DNA of 64,000 nucleotides from the NCBI GenBank assembly GCA_963693365.1, contig CAVNZM010000003.1, positions 4,039,106-4,103,105 on the forward strand. Direction: 5' to 3'. Position 1 is the stretch's first letter; each line of letters opens with the position of its first letter. The notes beneath the pieces are model-generated. The model had not been told where the DNA came from. It ran no database searches and was given only the letters and a program-made list of their open reading frames with translations. Position numbers and translations under genes: made by a program. The DNA is from Amoebidium appalachense (taxonomy: Eukaryota > Protista > Ichthyosporea). This document shows, in pieces, positions 1 to 11,061 of this stretch.

Positions 1-83
1 TACACAACTCACCATCATCAACACCACACACACAAAAACACCACACACGACACACGACACACACGACACACGACACACACGCG

Positions 84-150
<67 letters not shown>

Positions 151-265
151 CACACACAGACCAACACACACACACACATGATTCATCCCCCCCTCCCCTC
201 CCCCCTCCTCCCCTTCCCAAACCTCCCCCCCCCTCCTCACACACAAAACTTTCACCCACACACAG

Positions 266-489
266 TGCGTTTGTGCGCCCATACGGCAAGATCGCCGCGC
301 TCCGCATGCCATCCGAAGTATTTTTAGCCATGCGCCTACTGCTTGCATCGGCAATCCTGTTCACTACCTCTTACGCAAGAGGGTTTAGTCTGGTGGCACC
401 TAGAAGTGCATTCCGCGTGATATTTGTTTCGGCAGTGTTCGACATATGTGTGTCTAAAGTAAGCCTTGGTGTTTTTTTTTTTTTTTTTT

Positions 490-566
<77 letters not shown>

Positions 567-1602
567 CGCATTCGAAGAGTATTCGAGCACGAAAAGCAGG
601 ATGGTGGTGGTGCAGGGGACGGTTTTGGGGTGGGGTGGGGTGAGATGGCAGGGGGGAAGGGGGGATGGGGAGCGAAGGGTCAAGGGGGTGGGGAGAGGGG
701 GGGGGGGGGGAGATGGAGGAGATGTCAAGGGGGAGGGGGGTTGGGGGGTGGGGGGGATGGAGCTGCATGAGTGAAAGGAGTTGGTGGCGTGCTTTTTGAT
801 GTGCACGTGAGAGTTAAAAGGAGGGGGCAAGGGGGGGAAGGGGGGGATGATGGGTGCTTACATGTTTGCGTTTCATTTATCACTGCAAACCCTGCTTTGG
901 GGATGGGTGCTAGATGGGTACTGTGTGCCTGTATAAATGGAAACTAGCCATAATATCGTTCGAGTATTTGTTGGTACACTGGTAGCACTTTGTGTTTGTA
1001 CTCTCATTCTGGCGTGGTTGAATTTCTAGATATACGAGGAGGAACATATAATATACGTTTTTCTTAAAGTGAGACCCCACATTTATCTCACTTTATGGTT
1101 GAATCTTGGATATACCACAGTTTCCTTATTTGTTCTTCACGTTCAATCATTTTCTCGGATCACCCAGCTCACACTTCCCTAATTTGTGGATATACAGTGG
1201 ATATTCTTCCTATCTCTCAAGACCACGTCTATCTCCACCAGTGCAGTCATATCTGCCACCCTTCCAGCTGTCGTCACATACCTAATGGACTTATATACGA
1301 AGGTAGAACCCCCCTTAACCAGCACTTCCCCCCCCCCCCCCCCCCTCCTCGCCCAGCTTCTCTAGCTTTTTGCCAAGGTGGGTCGATTTCCCGAATAGCG
1401 TTCAAGCAGATGATAGATTGGAACCCACACGTGAGAGATTGACATTTGAAAACTCGTCCACATGAACCCTTGATGATGGGGTCTGTTCAGGTGCCTTCTT
1501 TCTGCACAACTCGGCCTGCACAATTGTCTTTGGTGCCTGGTTTGTACTGTTGGTTTGGTAATAACAACTTTATGTCTTTGCTTTCAAGTTTGTCACCAGC
1601 TG

Positions 1603-1633
<31 letters not shown>

Positions 1634-1770
1634 TTTCCACCCTCCCATCTCTCCCTTAATCCCCCCCCCCCCCCCCCCCCCCCCCCCTCCCCCCCTCCTC
1701 CCCCCACATACACACATACAAACTCATCCATGCACGGAGATGTGCGCGCATCCATGCACACACACACGCG

Positions 1771-1801
<31 letters not shown>

Positions 1802-1802
1802 G

Positions 1803-1833
<31 letters not shown>

Positions 1834-2463
1834 ATCTTACAGGGCCGGGGCCCCAGCCCAGTACGACAGCTATTAGCCATAACCCTCGCCTGTGCCGGAT
1901 CAGCACTCAGCATTTGGATCTCGGTCGGAACAGATCACAAAATTTCGCGATCTTCCCCGATCGGAGTAGGACTTTGCATAGTCTCGGTGCTAATCGGCGC
2001 GCTAGTCCTAGTCGCAAAATCCAATCTACCCCGATCGGTAAACAGCGAGGTAATCGGAGCATGGGAGAGCCTCATTGCCGGATTGGTGCTGATGTCGGTT
2101 GCCATGGCAACGGGCACAACGGAGGGTATTGATTGGGTGGTGGTTTTCTCCGAGAGTGACGTGTGCATGGCGCTATTTTTGTATGCGTCGTACCAATCGA
2201 TCACAGCGCCGATGATCATATGGTCAGTTAAGATCACGGGTGCAGCGTTTTTTACAATGGCAAAGACTACTCTGGTATGCTCCCCCCCCCCCCCCCCCCC
2301 TCCCCCCCCCCCCTCCCCCCTCCCCCTCCTCCTCTCCCAAACCCCATCCGCCCCACCCCTCCCAAGCCTTCTAGCACCTTCCAACTCCCACCCCCAAGCC
2401 CACCACCCCTCCCAACCACCCATCCGCCATCCCCACCATTCCCGCCACTCCTTTCAACCCCCC

Positions 2464-2509
<46 letters not shown>

Positions 2510-3360
2510 CCCCCGCCCCAAAAAAGAAAATACCCGTCACCACCACCCTCTTCCCTTTTCCCCTCCACATCTCCCGGATGCCTCTAGGTGCTTATCATAG
2601 CCTTGGAGTACCACTCTCCTTCCTCCATCCCCCCCCCCCCCCCCCCCCCCCCCCCCCGACTTGGGCCCTCCCTGAGGATGGGCTCTGCTTATGACGCATA
2701 CTGTGCGCATGGCTATGTTGCATACTTGAATATTTGCCTTTGCATGTGTCCTTCGTGTATGCGTACTTCGTACCGTGTTTCGCATTCAAAACCCCCCAGT
2801 CTTCTTTCAGAGGTGTCCTTTCAGGACAGACCACTGTGTGGAGACCGCTTTACTTCCATGCAACCGGGCATGGTTGCTCTGTGTCGTGCATCTGTAAGCA
2901 CATACGCATTTTTCGCTGCACTGCATTAGTTTGCACACACATATTCACCGTTTTGCTCACCTTGCTTGCATAAGCAACCCTGCTCGTCTTTGATCAAGAC
3001 GGGTTTCTGCTGTCTGAGTTGGAGAGTCGTATATACGCGGGCTAAGGGGTCGAAACTCAGACGCAATTGATGACTTGGGCCCTCCCTGAGGATGGGCTCT
3101 GCTTATGACGCATACTGTGCGCATGGCTATGTTGCATACTTGAATATTTGCCTTTGCATGTGTCCTTCGTGTATGCATACTTCGTACCGTGTTCCGCATT
3201 CAAACCCCCCTGCCCCCGCTCTGTGTCCCAATGGCCAGGGTCAGGAGGGGAAGGGGGGAGGGAGGGAGGGAGGGAGGAGAGGGCTGGTGTTAATGTTGTA
3301 TACAGGTGGGGGTCGGGGAGGAAGGAGAGGGCCGGTGTTAATGTGCTGTACAGGGGGAGT

Positions 3361-3397
<37 letters not shown>

Positions 3398-3752
3398 AGG
3401 GGAAGGGGGGGGGGGGGGGGGGAGGGAGGGAGGGAGGGAGGGAGGAGAGGACTGGTGTTGATGTTTTTGTACAGGAGGGGGAGGGGAGGGGGGGGGGAGG
3501 AGAGGGCTGGTGTTAGTGTGCTGAACACACCTGATAATGAAGCTCTTTCGTGGATATGGTTCATTATTTTCCTGATGCTGCTATCCTCAAAACCCTCGTT
3601 CACTACAATCCTTCCCCGTTGATACAGGCAGTTGGTATCAACACTAATAGCTAACTGTGAGCAGACCACATATATGCAGAGATAATCTTCTTACACCAAT
3701 ACACCTCACACACATCAGCAATGTTCAAACTTCTGCAGACATGCACTAGGAT

Positions 3753-3793
<41 letters not shown>

Positions 3794-3981
3794 GATACTA
3801 ACGTACGTACGTACACATACATAGGTGCACACACACACACACGCGCGCGCCACACACACACATGCACACATGCACACATAGAAGCACACACAAGCATGCA
3901 CACACAGTGCAGGCATGCGCACACATCTGAGGCACATACACAGACACTCACGCCTGCGCACACGCACTCGCACACACACAC

Positions 3982-4022
<41 letters not shown>

Positions 4023-4147
4023 CACACACACAGCCAATCTTCAGCGCTGTGGTTGCCTTCTTCGTGCTGGGTGAAGTCCTGACGGTCGGTCAGATCGGTG
4101 GAATGTTGATGGCATGCTGCGGCCTGGCCATGCACATGTCATCGTAG
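266..4147 (+). CDS. EamA/DMT-family (drug/metabolite transporter) membrane protein; 3' part, first exon upstream of window
   Basis: Phase-consistent GT-AG exons 266-458, 1198-1302, 1843-2274, 4034-4147 give ...AMRLLLASAILF...WIFFLSLKTTSISTSAVISATLPAVVTYL...QLLAITLACAGSALSI...GAAFFTMAKTTL-PIFSAVVAFFVLGEVLTVGQIGGMLMACCGL..*. The C-terminal P-x-F...LGE-x-LT-xx-QIGG pattern is typical of EamA repeats. Confidence 0.85.
1346..1604 (+). mobile_element. 3' fragment of poly(C)-associated retroelement family (Penelope-like or non-LTR)
   Basis: Lies between two C-runs. Encodes ORF end SLAFCQGGSISRIAFKQMIDWNPHVRD*, followed by CCTTGATGATGGGGTCTGTTCAGG, homologous to 55319-55600(-) and 2985-3100. Confidence 0.65.
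2658..3210 (+). mobile_element. Partial head-to-tail tandem (pseudo-LTR-like) of the poly(C)-associated retroelement
   Basis: About 139-bp direct repeats 2658-2797 and 3072-3210 (3 differences by eye), each ending CATTCAAA(A)CCCCCC. Preceded by a C-run; the intervening 2798-3071 is degenerate ORF C-terminus. Confidence 0.75.
3240..3525 (+). repeat. G-rich minisatellite, 4 units of GAGAGGGCTGGTGTTAATGT(G/T)..TGTACAG separated by G tracts
   Basis: Units visible at about 3277, 3326, 3444 and 3500. Confidence 0.7.
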
Positions 4148-4225
4148 CTTTTTATTGGGAAAAAATCATGCATGAAGGTGCTTTTGACTTGTCTCATCTT
4201 TGCATTTCATTGGCTAAAAATCACG

Positions 4226-4862
4226 CATGAAGGTGTGAATATGAATAGTTTTAAGGCTATGGTTAATAGGTACCTTTTTACTTTACCTGTCGAGTCTCTT
4301 CCAGTGTTGGGACAGCAAAAACACCAACTACTAGTAGCCTATATGGCGGATACAGTTAGAGCGTCTCGTTCATACATAGACTTGTTTATTCATGATGTTG
4401 TGTGGTATAAATACGCAAAGATGATTATGTCTTGGCGGTGTAATCGTTTTTTGGTGTCTCCTGCTCGCATATGTAATATGTGTGGGGGGCGGTTTACTCG
4501 CGGATGCATATCTATCCAGAAGTGTGACTTGTGAAAACGTGGTAGAACCGGAGGTTATGGGCGGCTTTATTCTCTTTTCTGCTTCTCTTCCTCAATATAT
4601 CCGCCACAAAATGACAGTGTTAGATCACCTTATTAATGCTGCACAGTATGATATTGTAATACGGTGTCTTAACTTTCTCTCGGAGCTACCCATGCTAGCC
4701 TCTGCTTATCCATAATCTATAATAGGGTTGTATTACTACGTACCGTACGGGTGTACATACGTCACTAGCTGCATTTGATTGGCTGCGCTGGAAAACACAG
4801 TAGGCCGTCAAGTGAGGCTGGGCCGCTCACGATGTCCGCAATAAATAGTGCGTAAACCCCCC
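4226..4862 (+). pseudogene. Degenerate coding dispersed repeat, copy 1 (copy 2 inverted at about 43274-43920)
   Basis: Colinear with the reverse complement of 43274-43920. ORF MNSF..YLFTLPVESLPVLGQQKHQLLVAYMAD... is frameshifted near 4475. A 17-bp direct repeat GCATGAAGGTGCTTTTG occurs at 4170-4186 and 4883-4899. Confidence 0.7.
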
Positions 4863-5309
4863 CTTCAATGTGTGTCATTGTAGCATGAAGGTGCTTTTGG
4901 TGTATGTATGTTGATTATTCATGCGCGCATGACTGTGTGTCCATGCATGCGTTTGCGTGTGTTTTTGTAGTGCACGTGTGTTTCCACCCAGATAGATGTC
5001 GAACGCTTGTGTACTTTTACATCAGGGTGACACACATGACATGTGTACGTGCGTTATATATATATGTATATATATATATGTATATATAGGAAGGGAGGCC
5101 TCGGGGGAAGGGGGGGGGGGGGGCGGAGGGGGGAGGGGGGAGAGGATCGGGTTGGGGGAGGGGGGGGGGGGGGGGGGGGGGGATATGTTTACGTCGTATT
5201 GTTTCGTTAATAAACATGATTAACGCTATTTCAAGAATGGTCTTAGTTGTGTGCTTGCACGCAATAACATAGTAGCGTTTCGATCCCCCCCCCCCCCCTT
5301 TTTTTTTTT

Positions 5310-5355
<46 letters not shown>

Positions 5356-6350
5356 AGCATCTCCTAAATGGATGTCGCTGTGGATACTATCGTGGATACA
5401 AGGTCTTTTACAGCGCAAATAAACGGATATTGGATGCCGATGCCAGTGAAAGTGTTGACCACGTAGGCTCCGGTAAATCACTTTTCATCCATCCTTTTAA
5501 AGTACATTCCCCGGCTGATATGGCATTTGTCAGAATTTTTGAATAGTATTATGACGGGTACATATGCATGTACATGATTTTCTATAGACTTAAGCATAAA
5601 CAAAATACAACAGCGAGTGGATAAGTCAAGCCTGTACCGGGGAGCATGTGCAGTGCGTGTGTGTGTGAGCTTCAACAGTGCACGCATGTGCCCATGTGTT
5701 TGTGTGACCAACAGCAACTGCATATGCGCTTATATTCCTGGAGGTCGGGGTGATGGGGAGGAGGGTGGGGTGGGTGGGTGGGTGGGTGGTGTGGTGGCTG
5801 GGTGGGTTGGGCGGGGGAGGGGGGGAGGGGGGGGGGGGGGGGGGGGGAGGGGGGGGGGAGGGGAGGGGGGGGGGGGGGGGATACAGCATGCCTGTAGCTA
5901 GAGCCCGGGGGGAACTCTGGCCATGGAGATGGGACGTTGCAGCGGCTGGGAAGTGACCGCCCAAAAAAACAAAAACACAGATTAGTACTACAGTAACGAC
6001 GTATTAGTCTCAGAAGTTTGTGACAGCTGCGATAATTATTCCTCCCTGCCTAGCCTAATAGTACATATTTCCTCTCAGACCCACATAGATAGCTCCCGTT
6101 GCAGCTCTTTCCCTAGACGCGGTGACCTCCCCTTCTCTCGCGTTCTTTCCAGAATTCAATTGTGTACGGCAGAGGTCGAGGGAAAAGATCAGAGCCGTCG
6201 GCAGAAATTCCCAAGATCGCCGGATACTAAATAGAACTCGAGCTTTCTATCCATCTATATATCTACCCCCCCCCCCCCCCCCCCCCTCCCCCCCCTCCCC
6301 CCCCCCCCCCCCGCCCTCTCCCCCCCCCTCCCCCCCCCCCCTCCCCCCCC

Positions 6351-6406
<56 letters not shown>

Positions 6407-7215
6407 AGGCCTCCCCCCGGTATTCTAGGCACTGCCAGATCTAGATTGGTTGCGGTGAGTGACGCGGTCAATATATTGGGTGACATGTTAACGTTCATTC
6501 ATGAGGTAGACGTACGTACTGCATGATGTATGTACAACTGTACATGTCACCGGACACTCGTAACACAACACTGGTACTTGCAGCTATTGGTAGGTAGCTC
6601 GCGGGCTCATGTGTGTGCATATATAGCATTGTGCAATAACTGGGTGCGCATGCACTCTGAATCTGGCTCGTGCATTAAGTCTGTAGCTGCGGTTACACAC
6701 GGGTCGCCGGAATGGGCTCGAGTCGTGATGAAGAGCTCTTATTCGGATATCCGAAGAGATCTCCTATTTTTTTTTTTTTTTATTTTTTTTTTTGGGGGGG
6801 GGGGGGGGACGGGAGGGATATCGATGCATACTTGCATATATGGGGGATGGTTACGATCGCGAATACGGATTTTGGGCTGAGCTGCGCGGGGCTGTGGAAT
6901 GAGCGTAAAGAGGACCTTATTGTGATATGCTTCATAACGGTTCCATATGCTTCCACATGCATGGTCACGGACAGAACAATATACAATAGCTTCGCGTTAA
7001 CATTGCATATTAGAGTCTGCTTGAAAAACTAGACGTCCAATAAAGCAACGTTGCAACCGTGTTTTTGCCGTTACCGACTGGAGCACACTGCACCAACAGA
7101 TTCGATGTCTGATTGGCTAATGACCAAATCACCACCGGTGCGTCAGTAGCCAATCGTCTTGTTGAGGACCCAACGCACACACAACCAGCTGATACCGAGT
7201 GTCCCAGGGGAGCCC

Positions 7216-7263
<48 letters not shown>

Positions 7264-7397
7264 GGGGAACCCCAACTAATTGATTTCTCCTTGTAGTCTT
7301 TACGGTGTCTCGTAGAGAAAGTAAACCCTGATATATAGTCATCACCGGACATCTATGTACGTGATCATGATATACCGCTGAGGGGATATTCCGAGCA

Positions 7398-7436
<39 letters not shown>

Positions 7437-7663
7437 ATACCTGAGACTGGTTTCTCTTTGCCTCGAGTAAACAGCGTAAACCCCCCAATTTTGTTACGCA
7501 TATTTTGAAAAGTTCGGAAGCTCTCTTCGATGTGTGGATATATGACACATGTAGTACAGAAGGACCAAAAGAAAGCGGCGTTACGACGGCTCCCCCAGTG
7601 TATTCATCCACCCGCTGGGCACCTCACACTTGAAATCTCCGGCTCCCTCCCATCATTGCAACC

Positions 7664-8309
7664 ATGTGTCTGCTGGCGGCGCTGTCTGCGCCGCTGTTCT
7701 TTGCCGGACAGGCAGTGTAGGCAGACGCCGCGGCCGGCCATGCCTGCTTTCCCAACAAGGCGGAACCCGCGCCCGCTTGGGTTCGCATTACGAGTGACAT
7801 GGTGGAGACAGACTTCGATAATGCGCCGTACCCTCGAGAAAGAGAGCTCCAAACCCGCGTTGAATGGGCTGCCGTGAAGGATGCTGCGTCCTACAAGGTA
7901 CAGTACAGTGACAGTTCAGACTATGCTTGGTGTGTCGAAGGCTTGATACTATTAGCGTGGGGTCTTTTTTGTTATCCCGTCAAAGTTTGTTTGTTCCCAA
8001 GGGGCCCCTTTGGGGGCCCCTAATTGGAACTACCGTCTCCCACTAAGCACCGACTGTACCCTAGTCAGGGTGCTAATGGTGCATTCAGCTGGCCAACACA
8101 TGTACACCTTTACCAATCATAACTACTATGTAGCATGCGCACACACAGCCCAGGGTTCAATGGAATTCCCCTCCCTCGCATGCCCGGCAATAGATAAATA
8201 TCAGGCAACATCCAAACGTACTCTATTTAGCTCGATCGGCGCCTCGCTCTTGTTTCTCTTCCTTGATCCGAAAACAATTGATTGTCGGTCACTGTGGTTG
8301 ATACACATA

Positions 8310-8347
<38 letters not shown>

Positions 8348-9445
8348 TATATATATACATATTTTTTATTTTTTTATTTTTTTTATTTTATCCCGTTTCA
8401 CTCCCGGCGAGGCACTGCCTCAGGGGAGCTTACCGTCTTCCGCCTAGACACAGATCGTACTGTATAGCACACTCATAAGTCAGGATTCTAATTGACCCCA
8501 ACTGGCACTATTTTTAGTTACGCCTTATCCCACGGTTCTAGCCGCAGCAACGCTAGTGGGGAATATATATATATACATATATACTATATATATATATCGA
8601 CCGGCCGCAGAATCCAGCACTGAGTATTGCGGACAATATTGAATGGGCTTGACAAGCCCCGGTTTTGGGAGACATTCGGGAAGTGATAATATTTTAATTA
8701 AATTCAATGATATGTTCACATAGATTTGAATTAGTTATTCGGTTGGTATTTGAACACCAGAGTGACTTATTGTAATCGTGGTTCGAACAACTAACAACCG
8801 TGATATCGATACTTGCTGTTATAACGGTTCTATAACATTCCCTTAACACCGCACCTACGCGCATGCAGTTGTGCCTCGACAAGGAGACCGTTTTAGGCAC
8901 GAAAGGATCATTCTCCTTTGTGGACTGCCTGACTATCAAGCCATCCTCCAACCCGGTCTACTTTGAAAAAAAATTCGCAGCTCCAAAGACCGGTACCTAT
9001 GTGGAGTACGGACCAGCCATAACCAAAGCCACCGTTACTGCCTATGACAAATTTGGCAAGGAGACCCAATCTAGTTCAGCGCATGCCGACAGGAAGACCA
9101 TGTTGCAAAACAGCAGCAAGGTGTGTAGGGGGGAGCCTTGCACGTACGAGCTCAGGAATTGAAGATCAAGACCAGCGGAAAAACAACCACAAAGGTGGAG
9201 CTGTCGTGGGCACGTGATTTGCCCTACAGGGGGTCAGAGATCGTGGCCTGTGCATATTTTTTTCCCCAAGGGTACGGGGGGAATGTGCCACATATGCTTG
9301 CCGGCACTGCAACAAGTACCGAATTCAGCTTGGAAATACCCAAAGGTGCCTGGACGGTCACTGGCACGGTCTTTGCGCCCCGCGATTGCAGGTACGTGCG
9401 AAGAGGTTTTGAATGTGTGTGTGCTGGTCAGTGTGTGTGTACGTT

Positions 9446-9533
<88 letters not shown>

Positions 9534-9550
9534 GGGGGGGGGGGAGGGAG

Positions 9551-9603
<53 letters not shown>

Positions 9604-10403
9604 CGCACGCGCGCGTGTGTGCAGTTTGTAGTGTCAACATGACAACTTTAGCTGACACTATTCGAAGGCGTCAGGTCTGAGCACAACGCCGTTCTGCAAT
9701 CTTATCCAATTCGAAAGTTTCGGTTTGAGCATTTTGCATCTGACAGACTTGTGCTGAACGCATAATGACAAAGACTCCGTAACCATCAACACTGTCCTGA
9801 CCATAGCCCATGAATAAATGTGTAAAATTTATAATCGATCATTTACTAAAGAAGGCACTCGTGCCCGCCCACAGCCTCCCCCTCTTGCACTACGGATATG
9901 ATGTATCTTTGGTCAACCGGGGTATCTACCATCTAGTACATCAATGGGTGGTGGGGCCCGTCAAGGGGTCACCCACGTGCGTGCGCCTGCCCGAAGGCAA
10001 GAAACCCGCCGCCGGACCTGACGTGCTCATGGTTCGACCTGGTATGATAACGGATTATTCCCTGCCTGACTCAGAGTATCCAGAGGCCTTAGGTGCGGAA
10101 CTTAGAACGAAGGAAGGGCTCTGTGTGTCACGCAAGCTGGGGCTTTATTATCTTCACTTGGAAGAGTGTAGAGATACCTTTACCGGGAGAATATGGCGGT
10201 CATATAAGCGGCTGGACGGCGAGAAGAAGATGTTTGCTACCGCGGCCAACGTGTGTCTCAGCAAGGAGAAGTCCTCGGACAAGTGCTTCATTGACTTTAA
10301 CGTAAAGCAATCCGGTGACGCCAACTTCAAGTGTGTGCGAATCATTAGTTATGTAGGCCGGAAGAGTGTATGTCTTGTATGTCTTCAGTACAAAAGTCCG
10401 TGA
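7664..10403 (+). pseudogene. Secreted protein with FN3-like and C-terminal Cys-containing lectin-like region; in-frame TAG in signal peptide (pseudogene, null allele or base error)
   Basis: ATG 7664 gives MCLLAALSAPLFFAGQAV*ADAAAG (TAG 7718-7720), continuing in frame to VEWAAVKDAASYK|gtacag (7897). Next exon 8869-9391 (LCLDKETV...; frameshift or 35-nt intron 9121-9155; VELSW...[13 protein letters not shown]). Last exon 9875-10403 (GLCVSRK...LEECRD...IWR...NVCLS). Domain names are by motif resemblance only. Confidence 0.6.
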
Positions 10404-10702
10404 TTTGAAGGTAACTGTTTGGAAAGTTGGAAATAACGTTTTGTATTTTTCAATTTTTACATACCAAGGAACAGCAGTTAAGGTTCGTTAGATTCCTCAG
10501 TGGTAGGGAGTCTCCTTTGGATGCTGGCTACTGTTGAGCTTCGTACTGGTACTTTTGGCTCGCTTCAACTCTATTTTTATGGAGAGTTTGGGATTGATTT
10601 ATATCTTTATAGATAGCGTTGAATTTCCGTGTTGTCAGCAGTTGCAATACCGTGATACACTAAGTTCTTCAAGGACGTGCTTGGCACGACAACCCCCCCC
10701 GG

Positions 10703-10753
<51 letters not shown>

Positions 10754-10769
10754 ACACAGAATAATCTGC

Positions 10770-10845
<76 letters not shown>

Positions 10846-11061
10846 GGGGGGGGTGGAGGATATACATACAGACGGAATCTTCTGGCAATGGAGGCGGAAA
10901 TGAAGTGTCGTCCCATAGATTTCGTCACTTCCACCCACCCGACCTATCGTTCACATCACTTTCACTGGAAATCGGCCAAAGCGGCCCGTGATTTATCACG
11001 GGCCGCGAGGCCGCACAACCAATCACAATCCTCAGATATGCACATGCTCGACGGGCCGGGG

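Noticed and set aside
3045-3100. Hammerhead ribozyme in the poly(C) element (GAAA ... CTGAGGA/CTGATGA)
   Set aside because: Core-like words are present, but stem II cannot pair (GGGGTC before GAAA versus TGGG after CTGAGGA) and no downstream GAAA is found. An Infernal search on the consensus would settle it.
2658-3210. True LTR retrotransposon
   Set aside because: The direct repeats lack TG..CA ends and a PBS, and are 3' ends of a 5'-truncated dispersed family.
5350-5960. Small minus-strand gene (fragments such as RGMYFKRMDEK*)
   Set aside because: I could not build a phase-consistent model with a start codon, and recognised no motif.
7718-7720. Alternative genetic code (TAG read as Gln)
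   Set aside because: TAG terminates the DMT and PLD models at the expected positions, and no other in-frame TAG occurs in conserved exons.
8390-8560. Helitron end or ribozyme between (TA)n tracts
   Set aside because: A hairpin (GAGGCA/TGCCTC) is present, but there are no convincing termini and no second copy in the window.
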